From the IMG/VR virus record IMGVR_UViG_3300005512_000167, positions 1 to 33,769 of that record: DNA of 33,769 nucleotides; one strand, 5' to 3'. The position numbers and the translations under genes were made by a program. The notes under the pieces were generated by a model. The model saw only the letters and a program-made list of their open reading frames with translations, ran no database searches and had not been told where the DNA came from. Every line of letters begins with the position of its first letter. Position 1 is the stretch's first letter. Positions 8,531 to 15,675 of the stretch are shown one piece after another. The DNA is from a virus. Taxonomy: Duplodnaviria; Caudoviricetes.

Positions 8531-9101
8531 GCTACATATGGCAGAACCGTGCCTACAAGCCATCGCCCATTGGTGTCCGTCTGCGCTGGGCGTGGCAAGC
8601 CACGCACATTCATAGCGCAGTCATGCCATAGGCATGAGCCGGACATCCAATGCCCAGCCAGCGCACGCTGGCTTGTAGGCAGAACCATGCCATATGTAGC
8701 CAAATCGGTATCATCAAGAATACTGTCTCAGATATTGGTGATAACTGGAGTTCTGCGCTATTACTCCCCTCGGACTATCCGTCCTCGAAGTCGTGGCGCA
8801 GTCCGCAATATGCGCTAGGCCGCGCATTGCAGGACAAGCCTGCGTGTCATGCCTACGCACACATTGAGACACACACACACGATAATGCATTTTATCATGG
8901 AATGATGACTCGGCTCAGTCTCGACTGTCAAGTTGCATCCAAGCAACGAGGGTCAAGCTAGATTAGCGGTTCCTTCCAATTTGCTTTGCAAATCGGTTCC
9001 TTCCGCGAATCTAGCACCCGAGTGGGTTGGAACAAGCAAATTGACAGCTGCGAGCCAGTCCGAGTACGTCAAGCCATATCATGCACATCGTGTGCGTGTG
9101 T
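8531..9101. ncRNA. Candidate large structured non-coding element (three domains)
   Basis: Nested stems: 8531-8543/8688-8700 (13 bp perfect), 8550-8562/8669-8681 (13 bp perfect), 8568-8579/8640-8652, 8581-8587/8614-8620, 8709-8717/8735-8743, 8801-8815/8822-8835, 8869-8883/9087-9101 (14 of 15), 8925-8936/9036-9047, 8957-8969/9003-9015. No credible CDS. Confidence 0.65.
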
Positions 9102-9124
9102 TTACAACAACATAAAGGAACTGA

Positions 9125-9664
9125 ATGATGACTAAGAAAACAAATGTAGTTAAGAAGTATGAAGTATCCATCAACATGCAGGAAGTCAATGAGACACTGA
9201 AGGCCAATCTGGAAATGTTCCAAGAACATTTACCAGAGGGCCTTGATCCGCGAGATGCGGATCAAAACCCAGTGTCCTTTGCCGACAATCCATACTACAA
9301 CCGAGATGTCTTTCTCGCATATGGAGCAGCTACTGCGACATTCGAGAAAGCAGCGCAGGGTCAGCGCGACTGGCAGAAGAAGCTGGAAGCGCAGCGCGAC
9401 GACGAGGTACGCCGGAACGGCGAACTCGCCGAGACCACTCGCATTGATGCGAGACGCATCAAGAGCGAGGCGCTGGAAGCTATCTTCGAGCATCAAGCAA
9501 CGCTGATGCAAACACTCTTCGAGGTGCTTGCACATCGAGAGTGGACAGGCGCAGCTGATTTCTATGATACACGCGAGAAGCTGTTTTCTGGACAAACCTC
9601 GTCAACACAGAAACGAATCAAGCCAACAGCGGCATCACTACTCAAGAGCGTTAACTATCGCTGA
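9125..9664 (+). CDS. First early gene, helical hypothetical protein
   Basis: 179 aa, AAAGGA RBS, followed by a terminator. Confidence 0.8.
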   Translation: MMTKKTNVVKKYEVSINMQEVNETLKANLEMFQEHLPEGLDPRDADQNPVSFADNPYYNRDVFLAYGAATATFEKAAQGQRDWQKKLEAQRDDEVRRNGELAETTRIDARRIKSEALEAIFEHQATLMQTLFEVLAHREWTGAADFYDTREKLFSGQTSSTQKRIKPTAASLLKSVNYR

Positions 9665-9670
9665 CACAGC

Positions 9671-9699
9671 AGGGAGGGGCTTTGCCCCTCCCTTTTTTT
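9671..9699 (+). terminator. Rho-independent terminator
   Basis: AGGGAGGGGC-TTT-GCCCCTCCCT stem followed by a T run. Confidence 0.9.
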
Positions 9700-9936
9700 G
9701 TTCTCGTTGTCAGTTGAGGTATCGCAGAATTTATTCTGTGTCCCCACGGAAGGAGACTAAACCGTAACTTTCGGTGAGGAACTTCGACCGTTTTCAATCA
9801 TTTCATCAACAGACAAAGAAAGGACTGTGGCTAAATTAGCTAAAATGTACAAAATGTCCAATCAACTTCCTTAGATTTGGACGCGAACCGCTAGGGGCTG
9901 GCACTACCACTGCCAGCCCCGATTCACAAGGAGGTA

Positions 9937-10047
9937 ATGATGTCACTATTTGCAATCATATTTTATTTATCGATGGTGCTGATGATAGTCAGCTGGTCGT
10001 GTGTAGCGTGGGAAATATATAAATCCCACAAAGATGGAACACTGTGA
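9937..10047 (+). CDS. 36-aa single-TM peptide, not in ORF track
   Basis: AAGGAGGT RBS; MMSLFAIIFYLSMVLMIVSWSCVAWEIYKSHKDGTL*. Confidence 0.7.
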   Translation: MMSLFAIIFYLSMVLMIVSWSCVAWEIYKSHKDGTL

Positions 10048-10057
10048 ATAATGTGAC

Positions 10058-10085
10058 TTGTGTAGTTGCATAAATGCAGTATAAT
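10058..10085 (+). promoter_or_regulatory. Sigma70-type promoter with TGCA-N4-TGCA site in spacer
   Basis: TTGTGT-N16-TATAAT upstream of AAGGAGGT and ORF 10106. Confidence 0.6.
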
Positions 10086-10105
10086 AGTTCACAAGGAGGT
10101 GCAAT

Positions 10106-10300
10106 ATGAACATGTATTTTAGAATCTATGGGATATACCACAACGATACATCTGAATCATTGATAGCTGATTCAGTAAACGGTGGAAAGATATTCACTAG
10201 ACAACAGGCCATAGGCATCATCGAGCAATGGGAAGAACGTATTCGTGACAAACGAATGTTCCCTGTTCGTGAATGGCGAATCGAAAAGTACACATCATAG
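10106..10300 (+). CDS. Hypothetical early protein
   Basis: AAGGAGGT RBS, 64 aa. Confidence 0.75.
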   Translation: MNMYFRIYGIYHNDTSESLIADSVNGGKIFTRQQAIGIIEQWEERIRDKRMFPVREWRIEKYTS

Positions 10301-10310
10301 GAGGTGAAAA

Positions 10311-10529
10311 ATGAGGTACTACTATCATCCATTAACTAATGTACGCAGCGAATACACAATATTCTCTGTTGCAAAATCCATAAAAGAAATTGAAGCGCAA
10401 CTTATCAAACGAGCCAAAGCCTTTGGTAAAGACTACGATCTTATTCGTGTGTGTACCAAAGACAAGTTCCGCTGTTTCAGACTGCATGGCGTTTATCATT
10501 TTGAAGGTGATAAACTTAAAAGGAGGTAA
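10311..10529 (+). CDS. Hypothetical early protein
   Basis: AGGAGGT RBS, 72 aa. Confidence 0.75.
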   Translation: MRYYYHPLTNVRSEYTIFSVAKSIKEIEAQLIKRAKAFGKDYDLIRVCTKDKFRCFRLHGVYHFEGDKLKRR

Positions 10530-10996
10530 TGATGAAAGCATATCTAATAGACCCGACCGTTACAGGTCAATCAGCTGTAACTGAAATAAATTTCAGCGGC
10601 AGCTGGAAAGACATCTCACCCACCATTGGCAATCATTGCCGTGCGTTTGATGTTGTCCGTCTCTATCATCTCGATGACTACGACTTCATTGATGATCATG
10701 TGTACATCGATGATGAGGGTCTGTATTCACTCGATGACCAACACTTCTGGATGCACAAGAACTACCCACTACCACTGGCTGGGCGTGGGCTGCTGCTTGG
10801 CGGCAATCCAGATGGTGACACAGTAGATGTCAAGACTGACATTGAAACTGTTCGCAATGACATCCGCATCATTGGCAGTCGTTTCCATGTGCAGATGATG
10901 ACTGCATTCTCTAAGGCAGCTGACATGCCATCACCTGATGGGTACATGGAAGACTATCGTCCATTCGTATGGAAACATCATGAGGCATTAGCATGA
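10529..10996 (+). CDS. DUF3846-like protein
   Basis: MKAYLIDP...YIDDEGL...PLAGRGLLLG pattern; AGGAGGT RBS. Confidence 0.7.
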   Translation: MMKAYLIDPTVTGQSAVTEINFSGSWKDISPTIGNHCRAFDVVRLYHLDDYDFIDDHVYIDDEGLYSLDDQHFWMHKNYPLPLAGRGLLLGGNPDGDTVDVKTDIETVRNDIRIIGSRFHVQMMTAFSKAADMPSPDGYMEDYRPFVWKHHEALA

Positions 10997-11157
10997 AAAG
11001 ATTCGATGTAATACTCACACTAACATCAAGCACACGCATGCAAGTTGCAGCTGACACAGAAGATGAAGCTAGAGAAATTGCAATAGCTAATGTTGGCATT
11101 GAAGATCGCAATGTAGAACTGCATGACATCGATGTATATGACATAGGAGAGGTATGA
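10993..11157 (+). CDS. Small acidic protein, not in ORF track
   Basis: MKRFDVILTLTSSTRMQVAADTEDEAREIAIANVGIED...EV* (54 aa), with ATGA couplings on both sides. Confidence 0.7.
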   Translation: MKRFDVILTLTSSTRMQVAADTEDEAREIAIANVGIEDRNVELHDIDVYDIGEV

Positions 11158-11339
11158 TGACACCACCACCAATCGTTGAAGCTGACTGCGAAATGAACTG
11201 CGGCTATGCCGAGGTGCGCAGCGGCGAGTGCGAATGCTACAACAAAGAGGTTGACAATCAACCAGATGGTCAGCCTGACTGGGAACAAGAATGGTCAGAC
11301 TTCGGTGAAGTCTATGACGATGAGCCAAACTACATATAA
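11154..11339 (+). CDS. Small Cys/acidic hypothetical protein
   Basis: GGAGAGGT RBS; 4 Cys, GQPDWEQEWSDFGE tail. Confidence 0.65.
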   Translation: MMTPPPIVEADCEMNCGYAEVRSGECECYNKEVDNQPDGQPDWEQEWSDFGEVYDDEPNYI

Positions 11340-11349
11340 GGAGGTACTA

Positions 11350-11586
11350 ATGGCTGACAAATATCCACGATTCACACGGCAACACTTCGAGTTCGTTGCT
11401 GATTTCTTTGGCCCACTGATGGGACACCCATCCGACATCGATCGGATGGCTGACCATCTTGACCAAACCAATCCAAACTTCAAGCGTGATGTGTTCCTCG
11501 ACCGTGCTGTTACAGCATGGGAAGACAAGCACATCACACCACATGAAGATCATCAAGCCATGATCGATGGCAAGGAGGTAGCGTAA
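11350..11586 (+). CDS. Hypothetical protein
   Basis: AAGGAGGT RBS before ATG 11350; TRQHFEFVAD...NPNFKRDVF pattern. Confidence 0.75.
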   Translation: MADKYPRFTRQHFEFVADFFGPLMGHPSDIDRMADHLDQTNPNFKRDVFLDRAVTAWEDKHITPHEDHQAMIDGKEVA

Positions 11587-11804
11587 TGAAGATCGAAAAG
11601 AATATTCCACTCCCACAGAGAAAGGGTCGTTGCGGAAAATTTTCTGAAATTATAGAAGCAATGCAAGAGGGCGATTCAGTATTCGTTGACACATTTAAAG
11701 ATGCTGTCGCACTTAGCAACTCTATTGCAAGAAATCATCCGCTTGGCAAAGGTGCAATACGCGCACAAAGAGATGGCGGCTATCGTGTATGGAGGGTATC
11801 ATGA
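11586..11804 (+). CDS. Small putative DNA-binding phage protein
   Basis: MKIEKNIPLP...MQEGDSVFV...GGYRVWRV, a common phage family pattern. Confidence 0.7.
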   Translation: MKIEKNIPLPQRKGRCGKFSEIIEAMQEGDSVFVDTFKDAVALSNSIARNHPLGKGAIRAQRDGGYRVWRVS

Positions 11805-12019
11805 CACCACGATTCGATGATGTGTTCGACCACACATATTCAAGCAATGGCGTGAATGTATTTGAGTTCGACAGTCGCACTGCACCAACTCAACAGATGA
11901 TGACTTGGGCAGAAGCATGCGCAACCATTGGGCCAATCGTTTCACAGTATGCACGGCATAAAGATAATGACGGTGCCAAGATACATGAAGCATGGGCAGT
12001 CATACTGCGAGGTGTGTGA
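11801..12019 (+). CDS. Hypothetical protein
   Basis: GGAGGG RBS; coupled to neighbours. Confidence 0.65.
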   Translation: MTPRFDDVFDHTYSSNGVNVFEFDSRTAPTQQMMTWAEACATIGPIVSQYARHKDNDGAKIHEAWAVILRGV

Positions 12020-12339
12020 TGGATCAATCTAAACCAAAGTTCCCCCGGCTGCGGCAGGTAGTTGATGCGGTGTGCCATACCAATGACATCGAGCTGCATG
12101 AGCTTATGTCCAACCGCCGAGAGCGAAGAATAGTAGACGCTAGATTTATCTACTATTGGATAGCGACCAAGTGTTGTGACAAAAGTTACAGTGAGATTGG
12201 TAGGTTCATCAACAAGGATCACTCAACTGTTATGCATGGCTACAAAAAAACCAAGCATAAGTTTCTTGATTCACAATGGAGCAAGCGGCTGCACAAGACA
12301 GTAACATACTTAGGACTGCCAGAAGGGACGGTAAAGTAA
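12019..12339 (+). CDS. Stand-alone DnaA C-terminal (domain IV) HTH protein
   Basis: LMSNRRERRIVDARFIYYWIA...SYSEIGRFINKDHSTVMHG matches the DnaA domain IV signature (R...AR..A...S..EIG..F.RDHTTV.H). Confidence 0.8.
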   Translation: MDQSKPKFPRLRQVVDAVCHTNDIELHELMSNRRERRIVDARFIYYWIATKCCDKSYSEIGRFINKDHSTVMHGYKKTKHKFLDSQWSKRLHKTVTYLGLPEGTVK

Positions 12340-12620
12340 TGGCAAAAGAACTACATGAAATGACTGTGGAAGAGCGTATAGAATACTTTGAAAAAGAAAG
12401 AGAAAAGGAAGCAGCTGTTAGATCGGCACTCTTATTCTCAATCGAAAACAAATACCCATCAATGCTCGAAGCTGTGGATGAATTAGTCAAAGCATCAAAA
12501 GATATAGGTGAAGACCTACAATACTATGGTGCTAACACAGTGACAGTAGACCAGATGCACAAGCTAATAGATGGTGCGCAAACAGTTGCGAATTTATTCC
12601 ACTTAAACAAAGAAGAATAA
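12339..12620 (+). CDS. Hypothetical protein
   Basis: ATG 12339 coupled to the previous stop; helical. Confidence 0.65.
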   Translation: MAKELHEMTVEERIEYFEKEREKEAAVRSALLFSIENKYPSMLEAVDELVKASKDIGEDLQYYGANTVTVDQMHKLIDGAQTVANLFHLNKEE

Positions 12621-12663
12621 ATACCTCTTGTCAGATGTAGCAAACATGCAGTAACGTCCATGC

Positions 12664-12861
12664 ATGAAAACATACATGGATCAACTTATTGCAGCTGCAT
12701 CTGACTGCAACCTATCAATTCTCAAAGCGTTTCGGCTGGCTAACGTACCTACTAGCACTTACTATAGGACTGTAGCTGGTGGCGATTTACGTTTGTCAAC
12801 AGCCAAGAAGGTTATGAATGCGATCAAAGTTTACGCATTACAGCAAACCCAAAGAGATTAG
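12664..12861 (+). CDS. Cro-like HTH protein
   Basis: AFRLANVPTSTYYR...DLRLSTAKKV HTH pattern. Confidence 0.65.
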   Translation: MKTYMDQLIAAASDCNLSILKAFRLANVPTSTYYRTVAGGDLRLSTAKKVMNAIKVYALQQTQRD

Positions 12862-13063
12862 TGACAGCTGGCACTCAGTAGTCTGCGGCTTAGTCTCATT
12901 GCGCAATGATCGTGGCTGGTCACAAGAGGAGTTGGCTGATCGCATCGGCTGCGCATCCTCACTCGTACACAAGTGGGAACAATACAAACGTGTTCCCTCA
13001 AACTTTCTACTCATATGTTGGTTAGATGCCCTCGAAGCAAAGATCGAAATCAAAAAAAAATAA
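12818..13063 (+). CDS. XRE-family HTH regulator
   Basis: LRNDRGWSQEELADRIGCASSLVHKWEQYKRVPS. Confidence 0.85.
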   Translation: MRSKFTHYSKPKEISDSWHSVVCGLVSLRNDRGWSQEELADRIGCASSLVHKWEQYKRVPSNFLLICWLDALEAKIEIKKK

Positions 13064-13328
13064 GATAGGATACGCAGCAACTTGTGGTCACTGTAATATC
13101 ACAACCAATTGGTTTGTTATTACTGGCAACAATAATACTTGGTGTCTTGATTGTATGGAGAAGCATGGATGGGAACATCTCAGCGCAGTAAAGGAAGCTA
13201 CCACGAAAGATGGTGGGTCAAGTGGCTCGAAACTCGCGGGGCCAAAGCGGAAAGGCAGCCTCTCTCAGGACAACTGGGTGGCAAGTTTGCCGGGGACATC
13301 CAGATCGAAACCCCTGCCGGAGTTTTGA
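13026..13328 (+). CDS. Possible Zn-ribbon protein
   Basis: CGHC...CLDC; overlaps both neighbours, so the boundaries are uncertain. Confidence 0.45.
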   Translation: MPSKQRSKSKKNKIGYAATCGHCNITTNWFVITGNNNTWCLDCMEKHGWEHLSAVKEATTKDGGSSGSKLAGPKRKGSLSQDNWVASLPGTSRSKPLPEF

Positions 13329-13504
13329 TTGCTGAATCTAAGTATCAAGCAAAAGGGCGTGGGTTTAGTTTTCTAACAACAACGCACAATGAACAGCCAG
13401 CAGATATATATTTGCTGAAGCAAAAGTCTGGCCCGAACTTTATATGTATCGAGGCGAGCAATCCATTAGCTGCAAAAATAATTGGCTGGATCGCAGGGAG
13501 GTAA
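13169..13504 (+). CDS. PD-(D/E)xK nuclease, Hjc-like Holliday junction resolvase
   Basis: QRSKGSYHER...QPLSG...GDIQI...IAESK. Confidence 0.75.
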   Translation: MGTSQRSKGSYHERWWVKWLETRGAKAERQPLSGQLGGKFAGDIQIETPAGVLIAESKYQAKGRGFSFLTTTHNEQPADIYLLKQKSGPNFICIEASNPLAAKIIGWIAGR

Positions 13505-13637
13505 ACGATCCAGCCAACAGAGGTACTTCATGATGACGAGGCCACACATATAGCCTCGGAATCATGATGGACAAAACCTGTTGAGTTTGTCAACAGGATA
13601 TGTATACTGCATATATGCAACAAGTAAGGAGGTTTGC

Positions 13638-13955
13638 ATGAATGATCTATTTGAAACACCGGCATACAAGTTAGTGCGCAATGACGATCCATCTACAAGT
13701 CACGCAGCTGCTGAGCAGCTTGACGTTACACGAATGGAAAAGAAAGTGTTGCAAGCAATCAATATGTTTCCAGATGGTTGCATATCTGATGATGTTTTAG
13801 ATCGTATGTCACACATCAGGTACAGCACAGTAACAGCAAGATACAAACAGCTCAAAGAAAAGGGGCTTGTAATTGTTGACGGAACCAAACGTAAAGGTGC
13901 GTCTGGCAGACAACAGCTGGTGATGTGGTCAAAAGAAAACTACAATGCACAATGA
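13638..13955 (+). CDS. Winged-HTH DNA-binding protein
   Basis: AAGGAGGT RBS; RNDDPSTSHAAA...YSTVTARYKQLKEKGLV...RKGASGRQQLVM. Confidence 0.75.
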   Translation: MNDLFETPAYKLVRNDDPSTSHAAAEQLDVTRMEKKVLQAINMFPDGCISDDVLDRMSHIRYSTVTARYKQLKEKGLVIVDGTKRKGASGRQQLVMWSKENYNAQ

Positions 13956-14244
13956 AGAACGTGAGCTATGCTTAAAGTATCAACAGCTAGTAAATAGTAT
14001 TTGGGGCAAGGGGTTTCGTTATGACATGCGTCAGGAACACCTTGCTTCTAAGCTGCTTGCTCTGGGTTATACTGTGGATAGTTTCATTGCCGATGCCACA
14101 AAATTATCTAAGTGGCGTCATGATCGAGGCAAGCCAGCCATCGTATCATTGCAATACTTTGTCACTAGAAGAGAAAGATTAGGCCAGCCCATCGATGTGG
14201 ATGGCCTAATCAAAAAGATTGTAGCCAATTCAAGGTTTCGATAA
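13945..14244 (+). CDS. Hypothetical protein (possibly replication-associated)
   Basis: 99 aa; IVSLQYF weakly recalls initiator C-termini. Confidence 0.6.
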   Translation: MHNEERELCLKYQQLVNSIWGKGFRYDMRQEHLASKLLALGYTVDSFIADATKLSKWRHDRGKPAIVSLQYFVTRRERLGQPIDVDGLIKKIVANSRFR

Positions 14245-14386
14245 CTGTTTGCAATACATAAAATTGTGTGCAACAATGCAGCATATTTTGGGTGTAACTT
14301 GTGACGGCTGGTCTGGTCGATAGGTGGTGTGACTACATCCAAAATCCTCACCGCGAAGTCACACCACCATAGACATAGGAGGTACT

Positions 14387-15199
14387 ATGAATAGAGTAGG
14401 ATTTATCGGAGGGTCAGACCTTTACAGCATTATGCGTGGAGACTGGCACGAGTTATGGATGGTCAAGATGGGCAAGCAGCAGCCTGTCGATCTTGATCAC
14501 ATCTTCAAAGTCAGGCTTGGTACATACACTGAAGCATTCAACATTGCTTGGTTCTGTCAGGATACAGGGCATGGTGGCGTTGATGGGTCAGAGGTTATGA
14601 CACAGCATGAGTTCAGAGAAGTCATACATGGCGTACCATTCAAGGGTACAGTCGATGGCATCGCTGTCTCAGAAGATGGCATCACATCAATCATCGAAGC
14701 CAAACATACCAGCAGCAACAGATCAATGTCTGACATGCTGGATACATACATGCCACAGGTGCAGCTGTATATGGCACTGTCTAAGATTGACAGCGCATAC
14801 CTTACAGTAATCTTTGGCAATGAGATCGAGTATGCTCGTATTGATTTTGACCAAGACTACTTTGATGTAGTTGTCAAGCGTTGTCAGGAGTTCTGGCAGC
14901 TGGTCACTAGCAAAACCGAGCCTAGCTATGATGTAGATACATGGAAGATTGACTGGTCGAAGGTTAAGATCGATGGCCTCAAAGCCAGAAATGCCAACAA
15001 CGACAACCACTTCATGTCACTGGCACATGACTATGTATTTACCATAGCCAAGGCCAAAGAGCATGAAGCATGTAAGAAAGAACTAAAGTCACTGATCATG
15101 GATGATGAACGTGAAGTGTTCTGTGACCTATTAACTATCAAGCGTGACAAGCGCGGTGCTTGTCGCATTACAATCAAGCCAGAAGCAAATGAGGTATGA
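14387..15199 (+). CDS. YqaJ-like (lambda-exonuclease family) recombination nuclease
   Basis: RVGFIGGSD, GTVDG, IIEAKH, YMPQVQLYM motifs. Confidence 0.9.
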   Translation: MNRVGFIGGSDLYSIMRGDWHELWMVKMGKQQPVDLDHIFKVRLGTYTEAFNIAWFCQDTGHGGVDGSEVMTQHEFREVIHGVPFKGTVDGIAVSEDGITSIIEAKHTSSNRSMSDMLDTYMPQVQLYMALSKIDSAYLTVIFGNEIEYARIDFDQDYFDVVVKRCQEFWQLVTSKTEPSYDVDTWKIDWSKVKIDGLKARNANNDNHFMSLAHDYVFTIAKAKEHEACKKELKSLIMDDEREVFCDLLTIKRDKRGACRITIKPEANEV

Positions 15200-15675
15200 T
15201 CATGGCACAACAAACTAAAGCTGCACCCGCAGACCCACAAAATCTGGCTCAAGCATTGCTTGAGTTCCAGAAGCTGGCAGTCAAAGCCAGCAAAGATTCG
15301 AAGAACCCACACTTCAAAAACAACTACGCTTCTCTCGAAGCTGTGATTGACGCAGCCACACAAGCCACACAGTTTGGTATCTGCTTTACTCAAGAGATTG
15401 ACTTTGAGTTCAATGGTGACACTGGTATGACGTTTGTACGCACTGTGCTGATACACGCGCCATCTGGTGAGCAGCGTGTATCACGCACACCTATCCGTTC
15501 CAAAGACCCAACTGACCCACAGAAGATGGGCAGCGGCATTACCTATGCCAAACGGTACGGCCTACAATCTGCACTCGGATTGCCATCAGAAGATGATGAT
15601 GGGAATGATGCAATGAAAGGTTCTCGCAGCACAGTCGTGCATGTTAAACCCACAGCCAACAAGGAGGCATTTTAG
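15196..15675 (+). CDS. erf: ERF-family ssDNA annealing protein
   Basis: KDSKNPHFKNNYASLEAV and PQKMGSGITYAKRYGL...EDDDG. Confidence 0.9.
   Translation: MIMAQQTKAAPADPQNLAQALLEFQKLAVKASKDSKNPHFKNNYASLEAVIDAATQATQFGICFTQEIDFEFNGDTGMTFVRTVLIHAPSGEQRVSRTPIRSKDPTDPQKMGSGITYAKRYGLQSALGLPSEDDDGNDAMKGSRSTVVHVKPTANKEAF

Noticed and set aside
8450-8563. N-terminal extension of terS given in the ORF track
   Set aside because: It crosses poly-G tracts and the promoter-like motif; the terS fold starts at Met 8449.
8531-9101. Retron msr/msd, DGR, group I/II intron or CRISPR interpretation of the element
   Set aside because: No reverse transcriptase or Cas gene, no interrupted gene, no repeat-spacer periodicity, and no intron consensus recognised.
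8389-9229. Several 60-108 aa ORFs in the track over the structured region (8492-8818, 8650-8961, 8933-9115, 8515-8703)
   Set aside because: No RBS, atypical composition, mutually overlapping on both strands; better explained as chance ORFs in GC-richer structured DNA.
9827-9874. 15-codon GTG mini-ORF after AAAGGA
   Set aside because: SD-to-start spacing is only about 2 nt, with no other support.
8400-14200. Scattered DnaA-box-like words (GTATCCACA 8400, TGTGGATAG ~14073)
   Set aside because: Imperfect, isolated and within coding DNA; no cluster that defines an origin.
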